A stretch of DNA of 64,000 nt from the human T2T-CHM13v2.0 reference genome, Homo sapiens. The stretch is taken from the NCBI RefSeq assembly GCF_009914755.1, contig NC_060932.1. One strand, 5' to 3'. The translations under genes and the position numbers were made by a program. The first letter of the stretch is position 1. Every line of letters begins with the position of its first letter. Under the pieces are notes generated by a model. It saw nothing but the letters and a program-made list of their open reading frames with translations, was not told the DNA's origin and did not search any database. Positions 23,832-54,620 of this stretch are shown here, in pieces.

Positions 23832-24082
23832 TTTTTTTTTTTTTTTTTTTTTGGAGACACAGTATCACTCTGCTGTCACCCAGGCTGGAGTGCAATCAAT
23901 GGCGGGGTTTTGGCTGGGATTACAGACATGTGCCACCACGCCTGGCTAATTTTTGTATTTTTAGTAGAGATGGGGTTTCAGCAGGTTGGCCAGGCTGGTC
24001 TCAAACTTCTGACCTCAAGTAATCTGCGCACCTTGGCCTCCCAGAGTGCTGGGATTACAGGTGTGAGCCACCATGCCCGGCC
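23832..24082 (-). mobile_element. AluS with internal deletion in the right arm
   Basis: Reverse-complement Alu; TSD aagaaaggct on both sides; ~60 bp missing near 23915. Confidence 0.88.
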
Positions 24083-24903
24083 ATAAGAAAGGCTCTTTTT
24101 GAAAAGGTTTCATGCTTTTCAAAAGAGTTTATGTGTCAAACGCGGAAGAGATAAAAGCAGGTTAAGGAACTACCTAGAAGCATCAAGGAGAAGAAAAAAA
24201 TTGAAAGATAAAGTCGACTTCCAAACATTGCTCAAGAGAAATGATACTAGACATGGCTGTGAATACTGAAGGAAAGGGCTTATCGGGCACAAGCACAGTG
24301 CCCAACACACTGGGCATGAAATACATGTCGAACAGTGATATCAGTGCCATAGGAAAGAAGGAACAGATAGCAGGACTGAGGGTACAGGCGACCTGCAAAA
24401 CACGGCTCTGGGTCACCTGGGTCTTTGGGTCAGCAATGGACTCCAGACGCTTTTTGAATGATGTAAGGCCCCTGGGACACAGTTCTTCCACATGTTCCTA
24501 CAACACTGCATTTTTAAAAAATAAAGTATATATTCACAGTATTTTATTATTTTATATTTTATAAAATATAAACAAAGTAGAAAACTTTAGAGGCTAAAAA
24601 GTTAACTATAAGTAGAATTTCTCATATTTTCTTCCTGTCATGGAGCAGTCATCATGTGCACCCCTGAAGTGTGTGCAGGGTCATGTGGGGGGCAGCTGGT
24701 GCAGAGTTGAATGCTAACAAAACAGGCTACAGAGTCTCCTGCCAACTGGTCCACTTTGTTCTGTCCTGTGGTTTCTCACCAGCCATGCTGGCTTACTATC
24801 TTATTCACTGACTCACTGAGTGGGGATTAACTGAGAGTGGAAGTAGAAGGAGATAATTCTATAACAAATCTTTTAAAAAAAGAGCCATTAAGACTGCTGT
24901 GAA

Positions 24904-25056
24904 TTGTTTCATGGTTGAAGGAATGGAGGGATGGATGGATGGACAGATGATGCAATGAAACTCCTAAAATACTGAATGCCAGTCTAGGTTCATGAGCTAC
25001 GGGAGCTGTGGCCTCATCCTAGGAAGGTCAGAGACTGGCATGTCAATGAGTTCTTG
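24904..25056 (+). repeat. Local dispersed duplication, copy 2
   Basis: Aligns to 22531-22712. Confidence 0.92.
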
Positions 25057-26146
25057 GAGGAACAGCACACATTTTTGACTCATCCAGTTTTGATCTTGGG
25101 TTGGGTGGCTTTTTGAATTTGGTTGTAACTCTTTTGGCTTGGTCAAAGACAGCAAAAGATTTAAAAAAAAAGAAAGAAAAAAGCAATCACAATACATTGG
25201 TCAAGGGAAATATATTGTACTATTCCTTCTGTTTATTAAAATATTTAAATGACATTTATTCATTCAAGTGTGTATTATTTTCTAGCCATTGTACTCAGAT
25301 GGAAGAGAGAGAGAAAGAGAGATAGAGACACTAATAGAAGCACAGAGCTAACGGCGTGGAATAATCTTTAAAAGTTTGTGTGAAATGGTAAAAACACATA
25401 CAATCTAACGAGAAGCAAAAAAGTGCAAAGAAAATGCCATGGGGGTTCACAGCCAGTGGCAATTTTCTTAAGTTATATACTATTTCTATTTCCCCAAATC
25501 TTAACTTTGAGTAGTTCAAAACTTTTTAAGACATCTTTTCATGCATATAGATTTTCTTTCTTCTTTAGAATCAACCTGGATAAACACAAATGAGAAAACT
25601 ACAGTTATAAAATGTAATTATCTTTGTTTCCTATAGCCTATCCACATATGTTATAGGATTATAAAGTGCTGATTTTCCACTTGTATACTCTTAAGACTGT
25701 TGTCAGTTAGTGACACCGGTGAATGAGGACTCCTGCCCTTGAACAGGAGGAAAAAACGTATTTGTAATGCCTACAATTCCCCTGGCATGGAAAATGTTAA
25801 ATTGTTCTTATAACTAAAGGGAAGTCAGAAATTCCCCTATACAAAATGGTGATTTATAAGCAAAAGAGAAGTTTAATCATGTGGCGAAGCTAATATTAAC
25901 TTGACCAAACCACTGTGATTTAGGTGCAAAGCCATCATTGGAAATGTGTTGAAGCAAAGTGAATAGACAATAATCTTAAGGTGTAGAGGCTGGATTTTGT
26001 TCTTTTCTACTCAATCCAATAAACAAAAGATGAGTGAGGGAGTATTATGGGCAAAGCCCTGTCCTAGGGCTCACATGTTGCTGGATACATATGCAACTCT
26101 AACACAGACCTTTTAGAAAAGCATTACCTTATGTATACTCTTAAGG

Positions 26147-26373
26147 TAGGGTTCCAAAATCTTGGTACTGTTAACGTTTTGGACAGAAAAATTCATTGTC
26201 GTCAGTGGGTGATTCTCTGCATTGTAGGATGTTTAGCAACATCCCCGGCCTCTATCCACTAGAGGCCAATGGCACACAGTCCCTCTCTCCCCCCGCTGTG
26301 AAAACCAAAAATGTGTCCAGACATTGTCAACATCCCCCTGGGGAGCAAAACTGCCTCCAGTGGAGAACCTATG
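26147..26373 (-). mobile_element. MER20 (hAT-Charlie DNA transposon)
   Basis: cattgtaggatgtttagcaacatccccggcctctatccactagaggcca and accaaaaatgtgtccagacattg match the MER20 reverse complement; ~225 bp. Confidence 0.85.
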
Positions 26374-26929
26374 TTCTAAGAAGAGGTGGACTTTTATTTC
26401 TATTAGATTGATTATAGTATCACATGTGGCAGCTGTTCTGGAACATAAAATACTTAAAATGTATACTTTGCATATTTTTAGTGTAATTGTCCCACTTAAT
26501 ATTTCTTCCAGTTCTGGTTGAAAGTGAAACTAGGTAATGAGCTTGCAATCTATCCACTACTCTTCAAAACTAAATAGATTCTATTACTTATAGAAGAGTT
26601 AAGTGTTACTAGTTATTATGAAAAAACAAAGACACATTCAGAAACTAAATTTTTAAAAGTCTGAAAAGCTATTTACTAAGGGAAGTTGAATTCAACTGTT
26701 TATTATATGTAAAGTTATTGTTATCCCCTGCTACCCCAAATAGTTAAAAGGAGTTTGGCAGGAAACCCTAAAAATGGCCAGCATTTTGATAGACATTCTA
26801 TTTTATAGAGGAGTACTGCTCACATAATCTTAATGCATTGCTATTACATCACCACGAGGCAGTTGCCTTCATAAGCTACTTGAAGGTATTTCGCTGGCCC
26901 TCGGGGAGACCACATAGCAGATGGCTAAC

Positions 26930-27720
26930 AGTTCAAACTGTTTGGTTTCATACCTGGCCCCATCACTTCCTAGCTGAGTTACCTGGGGTAATCTGACCTA
27001 CCTCTATGCCTCAATGACACCAGCTGTAGAGTAGGACTATGTGAAGCATTCAGAACTGTGTTGGTGCGTAATCAGTTTTCAATAAGTGTTAGCTATTTTT
27101 ATAGATCAGGAACTCAAATAATGTCAATTAAATACATGTGAATTTTCATCCAAGTTAGAGAACTAGGAAAGTCAACCTGTTATTTGACAATGGAAAATAT
27201 TATATGTAATGACAATCATACCATTTATTCAACAAAGAAAATATGCCAGGATTGTATCTAGCATCTTCCAGACATTCATTCTCATCACGTTGTGGAGCTA
27301 GAATTCCCTTCGCCCCGTTCCGCCCAGTCCCCATTTACAAATAAAGCATGTGAAGTTCAGAGGGATTGCTTAGTTTGCTGAAGGTGATGCAGCAAGTAAG
27401 TGTTCGAGTCAGAGTATGAACTCAGGTCTGTCTTATTACAAAGTCGATTCCCATTTCACAATTCTATGGTTCTTGACTACAATAACAATAATCCTAATGG
27501 AGCAGCTAACAACATACCAGGAATCATGTTCATTCACAGGACCAATTCACACAAACTAGTCCATTTACCACGATCAGCAGCCCTGGGTACTCTTACTACA
27601 TTTCACCTTTGGAAACTGAGCTTTGAGGAGGTGAAATAAGTATATAAGATCATGTAGTGAAGAAGCCCTCGAAGCTGAATCCAAACTATAAAACCTGGGC
27701 TCTTGGCCACTTGTGATGCT
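26930..27720. mobile_element. Cluster of MIR fragments (+ ~26930-27100; - ~27230-27450 and ~27500-27720)
   Basis: Diverged MIR core motifs; boundaries approximate. Confidence 0.55.
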
Positions 27721-28019
27721 GCCTCACATCTTACCAAAGAAGGATATTGAGAGACTCAGAGTCCAAGAGGGAAGCCAGAGACAGGATTAAATGGTTTTAT
27801 AGTCAGAAGAAGAAGTTTGGATCTTTCTGTAAAGGAAGTTGTCAGATGAATAAAAGCAAGGAGCTAGGCAACAGCGTGTTGTATCTGGGGACTTCTACAA
27901 GTCTCCTCATCTATAAAATAAATAGTTGGACCAGGTAACCTCCAAACTTCTTTTAATTCTACAATGATATATTGTTGTGGTTTGTATTATATCCTCCCAG
28001 CACATAATATACCTGTGCA

Positions 28020-28555
28020 TAAGCCACTCCCTAGTGGCTTCCCTGCGCAACTAGTATAAAATCCTTTCTTGCTATCATTGTCTGCAAGGCTCTGCAGGCT
28101 GTAGCCCCTGACTGTCTCTGACTCCACTACTTGTCTTTTCTTCCTCAGTCACCATGCTTCAGTCACAAGCTTTTCTGTTCTAGAAACTTCCTTTCTCAGG
28201 GCCTTTATACTTGCTGTTTCCTCTGCCTGAAATGCCCTCCCCCAGATCTTTTTTTAGTGGTTCCTCAAATGTACTTCCTTCAATAGGTTTTCTATAACCA
28301 CCGCATCTAAAGTAGGATTTCCTCACTCATTATTCTTTACCTCATTCCTGTTTTACTTTCCTCATACTAATTTTCAGTATTGGAAATTTACTTTTGTTGT
28401 TTATTTTGAGTCATTTATTGTACAGTACCCCCATCCATCCCCATGTAAACTCTGTGAGGGCAGGAGTCATGTTGATCTGGTTTATGGCTATAGCCTCTGT
28501 GCTGATGCCTGACACATAATAGCATTCAGAATGATTCATTGAGTGAATGGATGAT
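28020..28555 (+). mobile_element. L2 3' end
   Basis: cttgctgtttcctctgcctgaaatgc...tgtaaactctgtgagggcagg...gagtgaatggatga terminus. Confidence 0.75.
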
Positions 28556-28639
28556 GAGACAAGTTATCTTGTGTAGCTCACCTAGCACATAGAAAATATT
28601 AAGCACAAAATAGGAGCTGAGAAACATGTAACGGTAGTA

Positions 28640-28840
28640 ATGATAACTGACATTGATCAAGCTCTAATTATTGGCACTAGGTTAAATCCTTCACACACTG
28701 TATCATCTTAGTCCTCACCACAACTCTGTGAGGTAAGTATTATTATTATCCTAGTTTTATAGATGAGGAAACTGAATCTTAGCACAATCAAGAAATTTGC
28801 CCAAAGTCACAAAGCTAGTAAATTAACCCAGATTCAAAAC
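28640..28840 (-). mobile_element. MIR
   Basis: ttttatagatgaggaaactga...ttgcccaaagtcacaaagctagtaa. Confidence 0.75.
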
Positions 28841-29495
28841 CAACCTAATTTCAGCACAATGTTATTTGCTAACTATAATCTGTAACAAAATTATTTACTA
28901 ACTTCTGCAAAGTGCAACTGCCATTATCTCCATTTGGATTTTTCAAAGTTTATAATTTCAAGGAGTACTATGTGAGTAACTACTATATGTATCTTGGGAC
29001 TCAGGCTAGGTAAAGGGTACTAGGTGCCTAAGATACAGAGATAAATAATGTGACACAGTACTCAACTTCAGGGGGCACAGTTTAGGAAGAAAAACATAAG
29101 CGTGGTAGAATGGACATCTCCATGACCCAAACACTCCTCTGTCCTCTCACAAAAAAAAACAAAACAAAACAAACAAAAAAACACCTCCTGCTGTGGAGAC
29201 TCATTCCTCTTAAATGTTTCCCATGAACCTGGCCCAGGTGTTTAATTTTGCATTCCTTAAATTATATTCTAACTGTTTAGCACTGTCTAGGAGGGACTGA
29301 ATAGCCATCATTTACTGAGTGCCTACACGTGACAGGTGATTTATCTATGCTCACTGACTGAATTCTTACAACAATGAGGTGAGTGTCATTATTCCTGCTT
29401 TACAAATGAGCAGTCAACAGCTTATTGGGGCATTGGATTATAACCCAATGATTACAATAGAGTGTCTGATTACAATGCAGAATTGCCAATATTAG

Positions 29496-29863
<368 letters not shown>

Positions 29864-32481
29864 CCAGATATCTACTTAAACACTATAATGGTAACAAATA
29901 TGAGAATATCTGGCTTTTTATTAGCTTTTTAATTAAATATTTAATAAATAATGTGTATCTCACTTTGTAAAATATTTTAACAATATCTTTACATTTTTTG
30001 AGAAAAAGCAAATACTTTCACATTTTTACTAAGAATAATATGTTAGAAGCTTTTTTATTATAATAATTGGAACACAGACTTTAAGTTTTTTTACATTACA
30101 TTTTCCTGATATACTGCCTGAATTTTTTTTTTTCTGGGGCAAAGAAAAGTACTTTTCTTAAGCTACTGTCAGTTCCTTTACTTAAGATTATTCTGAAATG
30201 AACCCATCCTTCCCTCTAATGGAAAGATAGGTACATAATAAGATAAGCACTTTTTTTATTTGAACAAATCCAGTATTAGAGTAGTCTTTTGCAGCTAGTG
30301 AATCATGACAGCCTGCTAAGAAGAATGCCTTCAGTAAAATAAAGTTAGGTTGGGACTGACCAACATGAATGCATAAAGTTAACTCCATTAAAAAAAATTG
30401 ACCAGGAAAATAAAACAATGCTAAGCCAACCACTGTAATACCAAAAACGCTGCTAAAAAATTTAGATTGCTTCTGAGTAACCAAAGGTGAACCACTCTCC
30501 ACCCTGTGGTGAACATGTGACACTCTCCCTAACAGCAGCTCTGTGGGGAGGGCTTGCTCCCACTGAGAATTAATTCACTTTCCAGAAGTGAGAGATAAGG
30601 AAAAATTCCCATGACAATAATCCATTTGGTGAACTGCAGTTTGGTGGTGTTTGAAGTTTTACGCATATTTAAGAATCAAACATGCTCTTACTTCATCCCT
30701 GTTAGGAAAGCCACAATCCAGTTTCACGGAAAATGAAAGACAAGGATTCCTGCTGATCAAATCGCCTGGCTCCCTCCACAGAATCCCGGGAAGCCACTCT
30801 ACATTCACAAACTTTGCACTCAATTCTTGGCACCTATCAACGCCATATCTCCAGGGCCAAGTGAAGAGTCTCATAGCAACTAAGTTAATATTTGAAAATT
30901 ATGTAAAGAAACAAAATTACATCAATGGGCCCCAACAGATACAATGCACCTACAGAGGCACAAATAAAAGCTTCTTCTTTGCTACAAACTCCATTTTGTA
31001 ATGGTCCTAAAAATTTAAAAACTTTATTGCTGCTTTCTTGCCTAAGAATTCCCTGTGACATCAACCCAAAACCCACATAAGCAGAAGTACACAATTTTCT
31101 AGAATCTTAGAACAAGTAAGTCTAAACATGAATCATATTTGTTTGGGTGAAATTGACTGAAATAAATAGTAAAGAGTGATTTTGAGATACATATTGCAAA
31201 AATGTCCACTAATAACTTATCCTTGTATTTATCTGTATATTTTCAAATGTAAGTAATGTGATGTCAAGGCCGACACAATCACATTAAACTGTGTCCTGCT
31301 TCCCCAACTGTAACTCTAATACTATTGCCCTCAGAGATTGCAGAGACCACAGAACCGAACTCCTTCCCACAAACCCCCGGATTTTTCTGTGGCAAAATCC
31401 CTTGTAGGAAATGAATTCTCTCTATATCTCAAAACAGCCTCACTTACCCAGTAGGCCCTGTAAGCACAGTGTCTCAGGTCCACAATACTTTTAGATGCCC
31501 AGGAAAATGTTTCCTTTTAAAATAAGAACAAAAAAGAAAAAAATTAGGTGTTGGTTAAAGAAAATGTTTAAATATATAATATTAAGATATTTATCTTTAT
31601 GTCAGTGTTGGTATAAATGCGTGTTTATGAAAAAGGGACCCACCAAGGTGAAATGCCGTAGGACCCACAAATGTCATAATGCTGGCTGGCCTCAAAATGT
31701 CCTTCCTATTAAACTATTTTGAATGATTCCTAGGTATGCCAGATGCCAATTTTTCTTGGCCAGCCAGGGAACGTCTCATGTCTTTGGAAGAAATTATCTT
31801 TCTCTTACTGGATTCTTCTGAGAAAAGTGATTTGTTAAAAGTTTTGGTTATTTCAAATCAATATGTACTCAACTAGGACGTCTCCTCACCCACGTTAATT
31901 TTTTAAAGAGGAGGAAAGTAGGAGAAGATGAGCGCTTCATGTAAGGCTCTGCCAGCCTACGAGGAAATGCAATCCTCCAGGCTCGACCGAGCGTGGGCTG
32001 CGGGCAGGGGACTGTGGCGCCGTTGTCTCGTTTTATTCCACGGCCGTGCAGCAGAGGGCGCGTGCCTCTCAGCACTCATGCTGCGCGCTCCCCTGCGCCT
32101 CTAGGATCGTATCCCTATTTGCCCCAAGGTCATAGCTCCTAACCCAGCTTGCCAGCCCCAGGCCGGGGACACCAGAGACTGAGCCCTTCGCGCTGGAGAC
32201 CCCGGCGCGGGTGGGGCGGGAGGGCTCCGGGGCCAAGAGACAGGTCACAATGGGGACAGGGGACGAAAGGCGCCGGGGGTCCGGGTCCCGAGCAGTCCCC
32301 GCCGCCGCCAGACTCCGCAGCCGGGAGGGGGATGGGGTGCGCGTAGAGGCTCCGCGGCCCGGGTTGGACGGAGGAGCCCAGGAGCCACCGCAGCCGCCGC
32401 ACGCCCAGAGCTCCGAGCTTCGCTGCCAGCCCAGGACACCGGGGCCCTGCCGTGGGCCGAGGGGAGCCGGGCGGCGGGAGA

Positions 32482-32521
32482 GGAGCCCCGGAGCCCCGGA
32501 GCCCCGGAGCCCCGGAGCCCC
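32482..32521. repeat. (GGAGCCCC)5 tandem repeat
   Basis: Five perfect 8-mers. Confidence 0.95.
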
Positions 32522-32801
32522 GCCGGGCGCCAGCCGAGAGGGCGTTTTCCCCGCCCCCGGAGACTCGCCCGCCCGGCCCGCCCCGCCCCGAGCGCGGGGA
32601 GTTCACCTCCGCCCGTCACCTCCTCCCCTTGTCGCCTAGGTCCACCCGAGCCCCCTCCCCCGGGCCGCCCCCGAGCACGAAGTTGGCGGGAGCCTATAAA
32701 AGCTGGTGCCGGCGCGACCCGCGGACACACAGTGCAGGCGCCCAAGCCGCCGCCGCCAGATCGGTGCCGATTCCTGCCCTGCCCCGACCGCCAGCGCGAC
32801 C

Positions 32802-49487
<16,686 letters not shown>

Positions 49488-49629
49488 GATGGTCCCATAG
49501 TCTGTATCCAAATAATGAATCTTCGGGTGTTTCCCTTTAGCTAAGCACAGATCTACCTTGGTGATTTGGACCCTGGTTGCTTTGTGTCTAGTTTTCTAGA
49601 CCCTTCATCTCTTACTTGATAGACTTACT

Positions 49630-50190
49630 AATAAAATGTGAAGACTAGACCAATTGTCATGCTTGACACAACTGCTGTGGCTGGTTGGTGCTTTGTTTAT
49701 GGTAGTAGTTTTTCTGTAACACAGAATATAGGATAAGAAATAAGAATAAAGTACCTTGACTTTGTTCACAGCATGTAGGGTGATGAGCACTCACAATTGT
49801 TGACTAAAATGCTGCTTTTAAAACATAGGAAAGTAGAATGGTTGAGTGCAAATCCATAGCACAAGATAAATTGAGCTAGTTAAGGCAAATCAGGTAAAAT
49901 AGTCATGATTCTATGTAATGTAAACCAGAAAAAATAAATGTTCATGATTTCAAGATGTTATATTAAAGAAAAACTTTAAAAATTATTATATATTTATAGC
50001 AAAGTTATCTTAAATATGAATTCTGTTGTAATTTAATGACTTTTGAATTACAGAGATATAAATGAAGTATTATCTGTAAAAATTGTTATAATTAGAGTTG
50101 TGATACAGAGTATATTTCCATTCAGACAATATATCATAACTTAATAAATATTGTATTTTAGATATATTCTCTAATAAAATTCAGAATTCT
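49630..50190 (+). terminator. CA2: CA2 3'UTR polyadenylation signals (AATAAA at 49630, 49745, 49933, 50143, 50173)
   Basis: Five canonical hexamers; the most distal is likely the main one (inference). Confidence 0.7.
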
Positions 50191-50204
50191 ATTCTGGGTT
50201 ATTT

Positions 50205-51503
<1,299 letters not shown>

Positions 51504-51927
51504 TATTCTGGGTTATTTTATTGTGTACTGAGTGGTGGGTAATACAGTAATGGAGGAACAAATGTCTACTTTTACAATTCACAATAATTCCTTATTAATA
51601 ATGAGCCATCTTAATTGGCTTACTGATAATTGAAAAAGTCTCCAGAAAAGGAAAAACTCTGGAAGTCATTTACTTATTATGCCAAGTACGGTTTTAAGTG
51701 CTGTCTGAGCATTCATGTGATCTTCCTGACAATCCTATGAAGATTAATCCTGCAAGAGAAATGATTACATTAAAAGTAGCAAGGTAGAGAAGGGGGAAGA
51801 GTGTGCACACTGAATCAATATAAGCCCCTTGGGAAAAAAATAAATAAAAGTTCATTTTATTCAAAAAGGGAATTCTAGTGATATCCAGAAGTGAAAGAAT
51901 AATTTGAATTTTAAAAAGAGAAATTAA

Positions 51928-52232
51928 GCTGAGCATGGTGGCTCACTACTGTATTCCCAGTACTTTGGGAGGCTGAGGCAGGATGATTGCCTTAGGCTGG
52001 GAGTTTGAGACCAGCCTAGGCAACATAGCGAGGCTTCATCTCTACAAAAAATGTAAAAATTATTTGAGTGTGGTGTTGCATACCTATAGTCATAGCTATT
52101 TGGATGTCTCGGGCAGAAGGATCACATAAGCCCAGGCATTCAAGGCTGTAGTAAGCTATGATTGCATCACTGTACTCCAGTCTTGGTGATAGAGTGAGAC
52201 CCTGTCTCTAAACAAACAAACAAACAAATAAA
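51928..52232 (+). mobile_element. AluJ
   Basis: Diverged dimeric Alu with (CAAA)n tail. Confidence 0.88.
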
Positions 52233-52519
52233 AGATGAATTATACAACTATTACAGATAGGAAAGAGTGAATAAACGAAATAAAAATCTCTTACTATTAT
52301 GCTTTTCTGGATTTAGCTCTGTGCCTTGACCATGGAGTCTTTGGCTGATGAGTTATTCTGGAAAACCAAATAGAACACATAACTCAGGTTCTACATGTCA
52401 GGGAATAAAAAGTCCTTGTTGCTTTAGATAGAAAATTTCCTAAACTCACCTTAGATCTTTACCTAACCCAAGCTTACAAAGATTTTATTCTGTGTTTTCT
52501 AGCAGATCACAGGTCTAAG

Positions 52520-52660
52520 AGCCAATTTGAGTTAACTTTTGTATATGGTGTGAGGTAAGGATTTAAGTTCAGTTTTTTGGCCTGAGGATCCAACTTTCCC
52601 AGCACCATTTGTAGAAAAGACTATCCTTTCCCCACTGAATTGTTTTGGTACCTTTGCAGA
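52520..52660 (-). mobile_element. Old L1M fragment
   Basis: ttttgtatatggtgtgaggtaagg...cccagcaccatttgtagaaaagactatcctttcccc. Confidence 0.7.
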
Positions 52661-52802
52661 TCAAGTAACCAAAACAACTTACATTCCCAACTGTTTTCCT
52701 AAAGAATTGTGCTTAGTTTGATTATTCGTTTTGAATCCCAGCTCTTCTCAACCTCTCTGGTCCTGGGTATATGTAGAGAGTGAGACCCAGGATTGTTGCT
52801 CT

Positions 52803-53020
52803 TATTTTTTTCTTTGAGGTAGGATCTCACTCTGTGGCCCAGGCTGGACTACAATAGCACAATGGCTTGATCTCAGCTTGCTGCAACCTCTTCCTCCAGG
52901 GCTGAAGTGATCCTCCTACCTCAGCCTCCCTGGTACCTGAGACCACAGGTGTGCAGCACTACACCTGGCTATTTTTTTGTATTTTTAGTAGAGACAGGGT
53001 CTCACTATGTTGCCCAGGCT
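52803..53020 (-). mobile_element. 5'-truncated AluJ
   Basis: Right arm plus part of the left arm; diverged TSD ggattgttgctcttattt / ggatcattgcactttattt. Confidence 0.85.
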
Positions 53021-54386
53021 GGATCATTGCACTTTATTTGCTACAGCTTATCTCATCTTCCTTGGGACCACCCTCGTCTCCAGTCCCCACTCAGTGGTGG
53101 CAGGGTGGCTGGCAATTAAAACCTGTCAGTAAAGGGCATTTCAGTCTGTTCAGGTTTCAGCAGTTTTTTTTTTAGGTTTTCATTCCCCACTCATACCAGC
53201 CCACACAGATGGTGTCTGGGTGACAGAGGAGAGGGCCCAGGATCTGTATAATTCCCCCTAGATCCTTGCTAGCCTCTGTTGTGGGGTGTCCTAGGCTAGC
53301 CCTGGCTCCATCTGTGTCTGCTGGTGTTCTGTCTGTTCCACCTGGTCTTTGGAGGTACTAATAACTGAAGGCTTATCCCCACCATTGCCTCTAGTTGCAA
53401 AGTCTAGTGCTCTTTATTTATGACCCTGGGGAGGGGTCCAGGTGAATCTTGTTTCCAGAAAGAAACAGTAAAAGGGAAGCCTCTGTCACACAGGAAGAAT
53501 CACACAGAGGCAACCTATCTTCTGAAGAAGAACCAGTTTCCTTGCTTTTCCTCATCACCCAGATTGCACCCTTAAAGAATGAGGGCAAAAAGGACACTGG
53601 TACCTGACATCTTTGCTTAATTCTTCTCTCTCCTTCTTCACACAGGGTCAGAAAAGGTTAGTTTGTCCTTGTGTAATTCTTCCCTGGGTGGAGGCATATT
53701 CTCTTGTACCCTGTTTCTTTCTGAAAGCAGCATTCACCTGGCGCCTTCCCCAGAGTCATAATAGCAGACAAAATGCACAGAAAGAAAATTGGTTTTACAA
53801 CAGGAGAAGGGCCATCAGAAAATATTTCAAAATTAAGACCCATGTTACACTTAGCAATATGCTGCTGCCAAAGACTCAGTGAGATTTCTTTAGCCCACTT
53901 GGTAAAATCTAGAAGTTCAACTTCTATTTCTCCTTTCTCCATCTCCTCTCCGCCCCTGACCTCTGCTTCTACTATAAGTAATCTATAGTGCTTCCATATG
54001 TTTAACAAAGGTAGCATCATTACTTTTATTTTATTTTTTTAATTTTTAATTTTTAATTTCAATAGATTTTTGGGGAACAGGTCGTGACATGAATAAGTTC
54101 TTTAGTGGTGATTTCTGAGATTTTGGTGCATCCATCACCTGAGCAGTGTACACTGTACCCAACGTTTAGTATTTTATCCCTCACCACTGACCTGCCCTTT
54201 TCCCTGAGTCTACGAAGTCCAGTGTATCATTCTTATGCCTTTGTGTCCTCATAGCTTAGCTCCCACATATGAGTGAGAACATATGATGTTTGGTTTTCCA
54301 TTTCTGAGTTACTTCACTTAGAATGATAGTCTCCAATTCCATCCAGTTTGCTGCAAATGCCATTATTTCATTCTTTTTTTGGCTGA

Positions 54387-54423
54387 GTAGTATTCCATGG
54401 TATGTGTGTCACAGAGGTATGTA

Positions 54424-54462
<39 letters not shown>

Positions 54463-54620
54463 CTTTATTTGCTACAGCTCATATATATATACACCCATAC
54501 ATACCTCTGTGACACACATACCGTGTAATACTACATATATATATATACCCATACGTACCTCTGTGACACACATACCCATACATACCTTTGTGACACACAT
54601 ACCATGGAATATATATATAT
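54387..54620. repeat. (TA)n-centred inverted/tandem repeat mosaic inside the L1
   Basis: 35-bp inverted arms 54391-54425 / 54577-54611; three copies of cccatacatacctctgtgacacacatacc. Confidence 0.9.

Noticed and set aside
49773-49893. Possible C/D snoRNA in the duplicated segment (GTGATGA box C)
   Set aside because: No downstream CTGA box D or terminal stem, and the intronic copy has the C box mutated (GTGGTGA)
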